From an uncultured Mediterranea sp. (GTDB lineage: Bacteria > Bacteroidota > Bacteroidia > Bacteroidales > Bacteroidaceae), in assembly GCA_939791845.1 (NCBI GenBank), contig CALNEX010000001.1:1-52353 (forward strand): a DNA stretch of 52,353 bases, written 5' to 3'. Positions 27,874 to 39,603 of the stretch are shown piece after piece. A program made the translations under genes and the position numbers. Under the pieces are notes generated by a model that worked only from the letters and a program-made list of their open reading frames with translations, was not told where the DNA came from and did no database searches. Numbering within the stretch: the stretch's first letter is position 1; each line of letters starts with the position of its first letter.

Positions 27874-28147
27874 TGTCGATGCACAGCTGGATGCTGCATT
27901 CGGCAAGGAAGGCACTGAAGAACGAAAAGCCGCGGAAGACAAGGCCTATGCTTTCTTCACAGGCCAGATCATTGAAGAGGCCAGAAAGAAAGCCCGCATG
28001 ACCCAAGAAGAACTTGCCGAGAAAATCGGCACAAACAAGTCTTACATTTCCCGTGTGGAAACAGGAAAGACAGAACCCAGGATATCCACATTCTACCGCA
28101 TCATCAATGCTTTGGGGCTGAATATGGAACTCACTCCTGCCCTATAA
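27842..28147 (+). CDS. XRE-family HTH antitoxin (second paralog)
   Basis: IEEARKKARMTQEELAEKIGTNKSYISRVETG; overlaps the toxin 3' end (alternative start 27866). Confidence 0.85.
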   Translation: MNGKEEIKMFDVDAQLDAAFGKEGTEERKAAEDKAYAFFTGQIIEEARKKARMTQEELAEKIGTNKSYISRVETGKTEPRISTFYRIINALGLNMELTPAL

Positions 28148-28166
28148 AGAAAGACTTGACACAGAG

Positions 28167-28204
28167 AAAGGGCGCACCCGTCTTGATGCGGATGCGCCCT
28201 TTTC
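28167..28204. terminator. Bidirectional terminator between convergent genes
   Basis: AAAGGGCGCA..CCG...CGG..TGCGCCCTTTT; a REP-like GGAGACGCGATGAATCGCGCCTCT follows near 28223-28246. Confidence 0.75.
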
Positions 28205-28260
28205 ATATTTTCCCCATGGCAGGGAGACGCGATGAATCGCGCCTCTTCCTGCGGTCTGGT

Positions 28261-31608
<3,348 letters not shown>

Positions 31609-31663
31609 TTAAAAGGTAAATAAGTGTTTAAGTGTTTAAGTGTTTGAGTTTATAAATGGATAT

Positions 31664-32602
31664 TCATCCGTTCAACAGGTAACGCTCGGCTTCGATGGCC
31701 GCCATGCAGCCCGATGCGGCGGCGGTGATGGCCTGGCGGTAGTGCGGGTCGGCCACATCGCCTGCGGCAAAGACTCCCGGCACCTTGGTGCGCGGCGTGC
31801 CCGGCTCGGTGAGGATGTAGCCCACCTCGTCCGTGTCCAGCCACGGCTTGAAGATGTCCGAGTTGGGCCGGTGGCCGATGCCCAGGAAGAAGCCGTCGAT
31901 GGGCAGGTCGTAGCGTTGCTCGTCGGCCTCGCCCATGCGCTTCACGAGGTGCACGCCCTCCACGCCATTCTCGCCATAGAGACCCACGGCGTTGTGTTCG
32001 AAGAGGACTTCTATCTTGGGATTGCTGAAGACACGCTGCTGCATCACCTTGGAGGCGCGCAGGAAAGGCTTGCGCACCAGCAGATACACCTTCGAGGCGA
32101 GACCGGAGAGGTAGGAGGCTTCCTCGCAGGCGGTGTCTCCGCCGCCCACCACGGCCACCACGCGGTTGCGGTAGAAGAAACCGTCGCACGTGGCACAGGC
32201 ACTGACACCCATGCCGGCATACTTCTTCTCATCGTCCAGGCCCAAGTACTTGGCCGTGGCGCCCGTGGCGATGATGACTGTCTTTGCTTCGACGACCTTG
32301 CCGTCGTCCATCGTGACCTTGTAGGGCGAGGCACTGAAGTCAGCAGACATGGCCACGCCATAGCGGATATCCGTGCCGAAGCGTTCGGCCTGCTTGCGCA
32401 GGTCTTCCATCAGTTCGGGGCCTCCGATGCCGGAGGGATAGCCGGGGAAGTTCTCCACCTCGGTGGTGGTGGTCAGCTGCCCGCCGGGTTGCAGGCCGGC
32501 ATAGAGCACCGGCGAGAGGTTGGCACGCCCGGCATAGATGGCGGCCGTGTATCCGGCGGGGCCGGAGCCGATGATCAGGCATTTCACTTGTTCTGTTTCC
32601 AT
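31664..32602 (-). CDS. trxB: Thioredoxin-disulfide reductase
   Basis: IIGSGPAGYTAAIY; CATCDG; VGGGDTACEEA; GVFAAGDV..YRQAITAA. Confidence 0.97.
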   Translation of the reverse strand: METEQVKCLIIGSGPAGYTAAIYAGRANLSPVLYAGLQPGGQLTTTTEVENFPGYPSGIGGPELMEDLRKQAERFGTDIRYGVAMSADFSASPYKVTMDDGKVVEAKTVIIATGATAKYLGLDDEKKYAGMGVSACATCDGFFYRNRVVAVVGGGDTACEEASYLSGLASKVYLLVRKPFLRASKVMQQRVFSNPKIEVLFEHNAVGLYGENGVEGVHLVKRMGEADEQRYDLPIDGFFLGIGHRPNSDIFKPWLDTDEVGYILTEPGTPRTKVPGVFAAGDVADPHYRQAITAAASGCMAAIEAERYLLNG

Positions 32603-32620
32603 TGTTCTATTCGGTTATAT

Positions 32621-32760
32621 AAATGATAATTTATCGGTGGATTTTAGGCGCGGATTACGCGGATTTCACGGATATTTTTATTCTAAATCGCTGGATTCCA
32701 TTGACTATATTAATAATAAATCCGTGAAATCCGCGTAATCCGTGCCTAAACTAAATTCCT
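32621..32760 (-). repeat. 9-bp-triplet hairpin element copy E (reverse orientation, between lolA and trxB)
   Basis: Reverse complement is near-identical to copy D, including spacer TTATTATTAATATAGTCAATGGAATCCAGCGATTTAGAATAAAAAT. Confidence 0.9.
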
Positions 32761-32763
32761 ATT

Positions 32764-33396
32764 TCATCTCAAATCAATCACCTCCGCCGTCGGATACTCC
32801 CGCGGATTGAAGGCAAACATCGCATCGGCATACGTCTGCCCCGTGCGGTAGTTCCCGACGGTGATTTCCGTCGGCTCCACACTGCCTGCCAGGGTGAGAC
32901 TGAACTTCACAGGCTGCAAGCCGGACTTGTCCAGCCAAAGCACCAAACGCGACACTTGGGCTTCGGGCGAACGGGCCACCATCTCCACCTTGTATATATC
33001 GGAAGCATCCGCCGGCAACGACTTCAGGTCATAGCCCCGGTCGTAGAGCGAAAGCCAGGCGTAGGGATTGAGCGTCTGCAACTCCTCGTCCGTCGGCTCG
33101 GAGATGTTCACCTCGTCGGACGAGGGCAGGTAGGTCCACTGCGTATGCCCGTCGAACCACGTGGTCATGCCCCCGGCCTCCAGCACGAACTTCTCCCCCC
33201 TCAGGCGGATGACGCCCGTGGAGTTGCCCTCGGGCGAACGGACGGAGAACGAGGCGGCCACGCCCCCCGCCCGGCGGAAAGCATCGGCCGCGCGGCGCAG
33301 GATGTCCCTCGCTTCTCCTTGGGCCCATGCAGGCATTGCCCAACAAAGCGTCCACACGGCCAGCCAGCAAATAAAGATTCTCTTCCTGTCGTTCAT
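32764..33396 (-). CDS. lolA: LolA-like outer-membrane lipoprotein carrier
   Basis: Signal peptide; G.I.L.GEKF.L....TWFDGHTQWTY....EVNIS.P; YPTAEVIDLR; downstream of ftsK. Confidence 0.82.
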   Translation of the reverse strand: MNDRKRIFICWLAVWTLCWAMPAWAQGEARDILRRAADAFRRAGGVAASFSVRSPEGNSTGVIRLRGEKFVLEAGGMTTWFDGHTQWTYLPSSDEVNISEPTDEELQTLNPYAWLSLYDRGYDLKSLPADASDIYKVEMVARSPEAQVSRLVLWLDKSGLQPVKFSLTLAGSVEPTEITVGNYRTGQTYADAMFAFNPREYPTAEVIDLR

Positions 33397-33410
33397 GTCA
33401 ATTCTCCTTG

Positions 33411-35879
33411 TCAAAAGTTATTCAAATATTCCTCCAGGGCCACGATGTCCACGAAGAGCACCTCGCGCGGCTTGCTGCCTTGGGCGGGTCCCACAATGTT
33501 GGCCTTCTCCAGCTGGTCCATGATGCGCCCCGCACGGTTGTAGCCGATGGAGAACTTGCGCTGGATGAGCGAGGTGGAACCCTGCTGGCTGGAGACGATG
33601 AGCCGCGCGGCATCCTTGAAGAGGGGGTCCAGGCGATCCATGTCCACGTCGTCCAGATTGCTGGCACTTTCGTCCTCCACCTCGGGCAGGAAGAAAGCTG
33701 TGGGATAACCCTGCTGGCGGGCGATGTATTCGGTGATGTTGGCCACCTCGGGCGTGTCGATGAAAGCGCACTGCACACGCACAGGGTCGGCCCCTTGCAG
33801 GAAGAGCATGTCTCCGCGCCCGATGAGCTGGTTGGCGCCCGGACGGTCGAGGATGGTGCGCGAATCCACCATCTGCGACACGCGGAAGGCGATGCGTGCC
33901 GGGAAGTTGGCCTTAATGGTACCCGTGATGATATTGGTCGTGGGGCGCTGCGTGGCGATGATCATGTGGATGCCCACGGCGCGGGCCAACTGGGCAATGC
34001 GGGCTATGGGCAGCTCGACGTCCTTGCCAGCGGTCATGATGAGGTCGCCGAACTCGTCGATAACCACCACGATATAAGGCATATACTTATGTCCCTTCTC
34101 GGGATTGAGCTGGCGGTTGATGAACTTTTCGTTATATTCCTTGACGTTGCGCACATGGGCCATCTTCAAGAGGTCGTAGCGCGTATCCATCTCCACGCAA
34201 ATGGAGTTGAGGGTCTGCACCACCTTAGTCACGTCCGTGATGATAGGGTCGCCATCGCCTGGCAGTTTGGCCAGGAAATGATGCTCGATGACGGAATAGA
34301 TGCTGAACTCCACCTTCTTGGGATCCACCAGCACGAACTTCAGTTCCGCCGGATGCTTCTTATATAATAAGGAGGTGATAATGGCGTTCAGGCCGACAGA
34401 CTTACCCTGGCCGGTAGCGCCCGCCACGAGGATGTGGGGCATCTTCGCCAAGTCCACCATGAAGACTTCGTTCGTGATGGTCTTGCCCAGGGCGATGGGC
34501 AGGTCATAAGTAGATTCCTGGAATTTCTTGCTGCCGATGATGCTCCGCCCGGACACGATGCGGGGCTTCTTGTTGGGCACCTCAATGCCGATGGTCCCCT
34601 TGCCCGGTATGGGCGCGATGATGCGGATGCCCAGGGCGGAAAGGGCCAGGGCAATGTCATTCTCCAGACCCTTGATGCGCGAGATGCGCACGCCACGCTC
34701 CAGCGTGATTTCATAGAGCGTCACCGTGGGACCCACGGTCGCCTTGATGCTGTTTATCTCGATGCCGAAGCTGCGGAGGGTGTTGACAATCTCGTCCTTG
34801 TTGGCATTCTGCTCGTCCATGTTCACCACCGGCTCGGACTCGTCAAACTCTTTCAGCAAATCCAGCGTAGGGAAATGGTAGTTCTCCAAGTCCAGGCGGG
34901 GATTGTAAGGCTCCTGCAAGTGCGGGGCGTATTCATCCTTGTTGACCTCCACGTTGAAGGCGGGTTCGGAAGATGCCGTGGCGGGCCGGACAACCGGGGC
35001 AACAGGTTCTTCGGGTTGGGGCACCTCGATGTCCAAGGCCACCTCACCATCCTTGGCCTTGCGAGGCTGCTGCGGCTCCAAGGGCAGGTCTATGGGGCCT
35101 TCGGATACAGGGTCAGGCTCAGGCTCGGAGACAGGCTCTTGCCGGGGTTCGCCCCTCTTCTTCCGCTTGAAGCCCCACGAGGCATCAAACTCCTCCGGGG
35201 TCTCGCCGGGCTCGGAAGGCTGTTGCCCCACGCCCGTTGCCTTGCCCTTCTTCAAGTAGCCAAACGAGAGGAGGCGGCGCATCCATACCACCGTGCGCGT
35301 GCTGACATACACCAGGAAGCATATCGCCGTGGCCAGCAGCACGAGCCACACGCCCGGCGCACCCACCTGCGACTCCAGCCAAAGGCCCACGTTGTAGCCG
35401 TGCAGGCCGCCCAGGTAGACGAACGAGTCCTCGTAGACGTGCCGGAAGGCATAGCCCAGAAAGACAGAGAACCACACCAGCAACGCGGTGCAGACGATGA
35501 ACCAACGCCACAGGCGCAAGCGGCCCACCTTCATCAGCCGGAAGCCCGCCGCAGCCAGGAAGACGATGATGAAGAACGATGCCACGCCGAAGCAGTCGTT
35601 GATGAGGTAGCTGGCCAACTGGGCGCCGCGCGAACCGGCATAGTTCTTCACGCCATTGTCCACCGCGGCCAGCTCGGCCTCCGTGGCATTGTCTATGATA
35701 CTTTGGTCCGCCGCGCCGGTGAAGAAGAACGACGTGAAGGCCAACAGCAGGTAGACCGAAAATATGACGACCAGCAGGCCGGCGATGAAGCGGACGGTCT
35801 CACTCCGCAGCACCCCCGTCGCCTTGTCCCAAAAAGACATCAGCGCGGCCTTGTCCTTTGTTTCTGTTTTCTTTTCCAT
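33411..35879 (-). CDS. ftsK: DNA translocase FtsK
   Basis: N-terminal TM region; PHILVAGATGQGKS Walker A; VIDEFGDL; ATQRP; gamma domain IGYNRAGRIMDQLE. Confidence 0.96.
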   Translation of the reverse strand: MEKKTETKDKAALMSFWDKATGVLRSETVRFIAGLLVVIFSVYLLLAFTSFFFTGAADQSIIDNATEAELAAVDNGVKNYAGSRGAQLASYLINDCFGVASFFIIVFLAAAGFRLMKVGRLRLWRWFIVCTALLVWFSVFLGYAFRHVYEDSFVYLGGLHGYNVGLWLESQVGAPGVWLVLLATAICFLVYVSTRTVVWMRRLLSFGYLKKGKATGVGQQPSEPGETPEEFDASWGFKRKKRGEPRQEPVSEPEPDPVSEGPIDLPLEPQQPRKAKDGEVALDIEVPQPEEPVAPVVRPATASSEPAFNVEVNKDEYAPHLQEPYNPRLDLENYHFPTLDLLKEFDESEPVVNMDEQNANKDEIVNTLRSFGIEINSIKATVGPTVTLYEITLERGVRISRIKGLENDIALALSALGIRIIAPIPGKGTIGIEVPNKKPRIVSGRSIIGSKKFQESTYDLPIALGKTITNEVFMVDLAKMPHILVAGATGQGKSVGLNAIITSLLYKKHPAELKFVLVDPKKVEFSIYSVIEHHFLAKLPGDGDPIITDVTKVVQTLNSICVEMDTRYDLLKMAHVRNVKEYNEKFINRQLNPEKGHKYMPYIVVVIDEFGDLIMTAGKDVELPIARIAQLARAVGIHMIIATQRPTTNIITGTIKANFPARIAFRVSQMVDSRTILDRPGANQLIGRGDMLFLQGADPVRVQCAFIDTPEVANITEYIARQQGYPTAFFLPEVEDESASNLDDVDMDRLDPLFKDAARLIVSSQQGSTSLIQRKFSIGYNRAGRIMDQLEKANIVGPAQGSKPREVLFVDIVALEEYLNNF

Positions 35880-35954
35880 TGCATGAATCTCATGAAGACG
35901 GATGCAAATGTAAGCATAATCCGCCAAGTGTCCAAATGTATTTCCCCGTATCCC

Positions 35955-36587
35955 CTACTCCTTCTCCTTCTCCGCGTCCTCATGCCCCGAAAGGATGGGC
36001 AGGCAGATGTTGTACTTCACGGACAGCACGCGCGCCAGGAACACCGTGACGCCGCCCGCCACCTGACACACCACAGCATCCGCCCCGCACACACCACAGG
36101 CCCAGTAGACCGTGCCGCCCACGACGCACGCCATGGCGTAGATTTCCTTGCGGAAGATGAGTGGCGTCTCGTTGATGAGCACATCGCGGATGACGCCGCC
36201 CGCCGCGCCCGTGATGCTGCCCATGATGATGGCCACCCAGAAAGGATGCCCCAGCGCCAGTGCCTTGCCGCAGCCCACCACTGTGAACAGGGCCAGCCCG
36301 ATGGCGTCGAACGTGAAGAGCGTGTTGTTCAGATGCACGATGTGCTTGCCGAAGATGATGACCCACACCAATGCCAGCCCCGTGCAGAGCAGGTAGATGG
36401 GATCTGTCATCCACGCCGGGGTCACGTCCAGCAGGACATCGCGGATGGTACCTCCACCCACGGCCACGGCAAAGCCGCACACATAGGCGCCAAACCAGTC
36501 AAACCTCTTGGCCGAAGCCAGGCGGATGCCGCTCACGGCAAACGCGAAAGTACCGATGAAATCGAGTATCTGAACAAATGTAGGCAT
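35955..36587 (-). CDS. TRIC/UPF0126-family membrane protein
   Basis: GTFAFAVSG; GGGTIRDVLL; DAIGLALF; GGVIRDVL.NE.P.IF..EIYA. Confidence 0.9.
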   Translation of the reverse strand: MPTFVQILDFIGTFAFAVSGIRLASAKRFDWFGAYVCGFAVAVGGGTIRDVLLDVTPAWMTDPIYLLCTGLALVWVIIFGKHIVHLNNTLFTFDAIGLALFTVVGCGKALALGHPFWVAIIMGSITGAAGGVIRDVLINETPLIFRKEIYAMACVVGGTVYWACGVCGADAVVCQVAGGVTVFLARVLSVKYNICLPILSGHEDAEKEKE

Positions 36588-36774
36588 GTCTGTCTCGTCA
36601 TTAAAATGAAAACTCCGCGCAAAGGAACGAATTTTCGGGCAAATATCGTCCACGTTGCGCGGATTTTATTTTTCGTCGGCATCCGGGCTGTATGCTATTC
36701 TGTCTTTGCAAACATCCTTTCGTCCGCAAACAAGGTGTAGGGCTGGTCGTTTTGATTGTAGCGAGGCATTGGCA

Positions 36775-37020
36775 TCAGTCTTTCAGCAGCAAATCCTTGT
36801 ATGACTTCAATCCCAAACTCGGATTTGCCTCCGCTTTTTCCCGCCACCGGGCTGCTTCCTGCTCATCCGCTTCTACTCCATAGCCATGTGCATACAGATA
36901 GGCCAGGTTCATTTGAGCTGCGGCATTGCCCTGCAAAGCGGACAGGTAGAACCATTCACGTGCCAACCGATAGTTTTGCGAAACGGCTTCACCCTGATAA
37001 TATTCTTGGTTGACAAGGCT
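36775..37020 (-). pseudogene. Truncated SEL1-like repeat protein
   Basis: Frame reads YYQGEAVSQNYRLAREWFYLSALQGNAAAQMNLAYLYAHGYGVEADEQEAARW; an in-frame stop lies immediately upstream (37021-37023) and there is no ATG. Confidence 0.6.
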
Positions 37021-37414
37021 TCAGTTGACGAAGCAACTGAGATGAAATAATCTGGACCTATCAATCCTATCTGAAACAACCCGCACAATCGCCTTGTTGG
37101 ACTTGTCACTCGTCAGTTACAACTTGATCCCGGCGAAAGTTGTATATATGTAATAAGGTGTAGGAAGGTAGGGGTGTGTTCAGGCGATGAAGGTCTCTGC
37201 TGAGGCAGAGCGCTTTCTGAATTGTTGATGTCTCAATGATGACGTCATGATGCCCGTCACCTCGGTATTGATGGTTTTGCAACTGAAAATTGCATGTTTA
37301 TTGGGATCCAATGCAGTTTGTGGTATCATTTCCTTATAAAAATATTTTTGTACGGATTTTACTTAATATGGATTACTGACAATCAGCCGAATGCAATTTC
37401 TAATATTTCCTTTA

Positions 37415-37520
37415 AAAAACACTTAAGTATTTTGGTCATAACTCTTAAGTATTTTTGCAGAAAGACTTAAGGATAACGGAAAAAATACTTCAGTGTTTTT
37501 CCAGTAACTCTTGACAGTTT
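37415..37520. repeat. 22-bp-period array with ACTTAAGT-type palindromic core (5 units)
   Basis: CTT core at 37422, 37444, 37466, 37488 and 37510. Confidence 0.8.
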
Positions 37521-37711
37521 GTTTGGGAAGCCTTTAACCTGCGGACTGAACCATACCGCAAGATTCATTTTATCGGACATTTCTGAATCTGTTGCACCTG
37601 AAAGCCATATCCTTATATCGGATTAAAACAGGCAAGTTGAACTTGCGAAACTTGAATTAATTACGCATCTATAATCAAGACTACATTCCCTCGTACACAT
37701 CCCTCTGCAAA

Positions 37712-37796
37712 TGATCAACTGAACACTACCCGAGCTTTCAACTGATCACTACCCCCAGCCGTCAGTTGAAGGGACAGACAGCCGTCAACTGATCAC
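37712..37796. repeat. About 23-bp-period array with TCAACTGA/TCAGTTGA core (4 units)
   Basis: Cores at 37715, 37738, 37762 and 37785. Confidence 0.75.
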
Positions 37797-37893
37797 TTGG
37801 GAAGCCTTCAACAAGGCTATTTCAGACTTTTTGCCTATCTTTACGCCGGATTGCCGGAGAAGCATCGGCAGAGACTGACACAGTTTATATAAT

Positions 37894-38247
37894 ATGGAGG
37901 TGGTCTTCTGCTTTTGGATGGTGGACGAGGAACAGGGCAGCGCGGTCTTCCGCCAAGCCAAGGAACAACAGGCGGAACAGACGGAATTGCAGGAGGAATA
38001 CCAACTGACCGACGTGCAAATCAGCCGCACCCGCTTTGCCCTCTGCGTGGAACATCAGGGCAAAGCCCTGCGCTACGAACTGCCCATAGACGCCTACGAT
38101 TTCCTGTCCGAAATCAATCCCTCCCAATGCATCCTGCTGACCCGGAACTGGAAGGACAACCAGGTGTACGTGATGTGGCCGGACCTAGGGTACATGATAC
38201 GGTTGGAGGAGTTTTCCGTGACTGACCAGCCAACCGGGCATGGGTGA
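37894..38247 (+). CDS. Hypothetical protein (117 aa)
   Basis: ATG ORF with host-like codon usage; no recognised motif. Confidence 0.6.
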   Translation: MEVVFCFWMVDEEQGSAVFRQAKEQQAEQTELQEEYQLTDVQISRTRFALCVEHQGKALRYELPIDAYDFLSEINPSQCILLTRNWKDNQVYVMWPDLGYMIRLEEFSVTDQPTGHG

Positions 38248-38300
38248 TACACGGATAACAAGAAAAATCCGCGTCATCCGCGTCATCCGCGTCTAAAAAA
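38248..38300 (+). repeat. 9-bp-triplet half element (ATCCGCGTC x3 plus TAAAAAA)
   Basis: Units at 38267, 38276 and 38285; left arm reduced to ACACGGAT. Confidence 0.8.
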
Positions 38301-38337
38301 TCATACCTTTGCACCAACATATTATATAGCAACGCGT

Positions 38338-39423
38338 ATGAAAACAACCATCATCGCGGGCGCACGCCCGCACTTCATGAAGATAGCCCCCATCTGCCGC
38401 GCCATGGACGCCGCGCGCGAGGCGGGCAAGGACATCGCTTACCGCATTGTCTACACCGGACCACAGGACGACCCCGCCTTGGAGCCGTCGCTCTTTGCCG
38501 ACCTGGACATGCCGCACCCGGACACTTGCCTTTGCGTCACGGGGCATGACCACTCGCAAATCACCGCCGACATCATGCTGGCCTTTGAGCGCGAACTGGA
38601 CGCGCACCCCGCGGACACGGTGCTGGTGGTGGACGACATGACCGCCACCATGAGTTGTGCCATCGTGGCCAAGAAACGCGGGCTGAAAGTGGCACACGTC
38701 ATCGCAGGCACGCGCTCGTTCGACATGAACATGCCGCGCGAGGTGAACCGCACCATCGTGGATGCCATCTCGGACTACCTCTTCACCGCCGGCATGGTGG
38801 CCAACCGCAACCTCAACCAGGAGGGTATGATACCGGAGTATATCCATTATGTGGGAAACATCCTCATCGACACCATCCGCTACAACCGCCACCGCCTGTT
38901 GCAGCCCTTGTGGTTCGACTCGCTGGGCCTGCGCAAGGGCGGCTACCTGCTGTTGACGCTGAACCGCCACGACCTGCTGGCGAAGCGCGCCGTGCTCCAC
39001 TCCCTGCTGCAGACGTTGCTGCAGAAAGCCGCAGGCACCCCGGTGGTGGCACCGCTGCACCCCTATGCCGAACAGGTGGTGGCAAGCCTGGGGCTGGACG
39101 CACCCAACCTGCACCTGATGCCCCCGCAGAGCTACCTGCACTTCGGCTTCCTGGTGAACCAGGCACGGGGCATCGTGACGGACTCGGGCAACATCGCCGA
39201 GGAGGCCACCTTCCTGGACGTGCCCTGCATCACGCTCAACACCTATGCCGAGCATCCGGAGACGTGGCGCATCGGCACCAACGAGCTGGTGGGCGAGAAC
39301 ACCTTCGCCCTCTCCGCAGCCCTGGACAAGTTGATGCGCGGCGGCTGGAAGCACGCCACCCTGCCCGAACGCTGGGACGGACGAGCCGCGGAGCGCATCG
39401 TGAAGGTGTTGCTGGAGGGATGA
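38338..39423 (+). CDS. UDP-N-acetylglucosamine 2-epimerase-like protein (divergent WecB/NeuC family)
   Basis: GARPHFMKIAP; YTG; VGNILIDT; VTDSGNIAEEA..L.VPCITL; WDGRAAERIV. Confidence 0.82.
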   Translation: MKTTIIAGARPHFMKIAPICRAMDAAREAGKDIAYRIVYTGPQDDPALEPSLFADLDMPHPDTCLCVTGHDHSQITADIMLAFERELDAHPADTVLVVDDMTATMSCAIVAKKRGLKVAHVIAGTRSFDMNMPREVNRTIVDAISDYLFTAGMVANRNLNQEGMIPEYIHYVGNILIDTIRYNRHRLLQPLWFDSLGLRKGGYLLLTLNRHDLLAKRAVLHSLLQTLLQKAAGTPVVAPLHPYAEQVVASLGLDAPNLHLMPPQSYLHFGFLVNQARGIVTDSGNIAEEATFLDVPCITLNTYAEHPETWRIGTNELVGENTFALSAALDKLMRGGWKHATLPERWDGRAAERIVKVLLEG

Positions 39424-39424
39424 T

Positions 39425-39520
39425 TTTCTGACGCAGATGACACAGATGACGCAGATTCTTTATTTTTTTGAAATTCACCCCAGGAAAATCAGCGTCATCT
39501 GTGCCATCTGCGTCTAAAAA
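39425..39520 (+). repeat. 9-bp-triplet hairpin element, GACGCAGAT family
   Basis: GACGCAGAT GACACAGAT GACGCAGAT (39430-39456) / ATCAGCGTC ATCTGTGCC ATCTGCGTC (39488-39514) followed by TAAAAA. Confidence 0.85.
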
Positions 39521-39603
39521 TTATAAAGATAAAGTATCATTCTTAAAAGAAAGCAAGCACCCGCGGCAGATTCGCGCCGATTTCTTACCTTTGCATCTTG
39601 AAT

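Noticed and set aside
355-28147. Integrative element or prophage
   Set aside because: No integrase, transfer or phage genes, tRNA or att direct repeats; the region includes the core gene cur.
37180-37329. 49-aa minus-strand ORF (MIPQTALDPNK...)
   Set aside because: Too short and motif-less to support; it lies in a decayed region.
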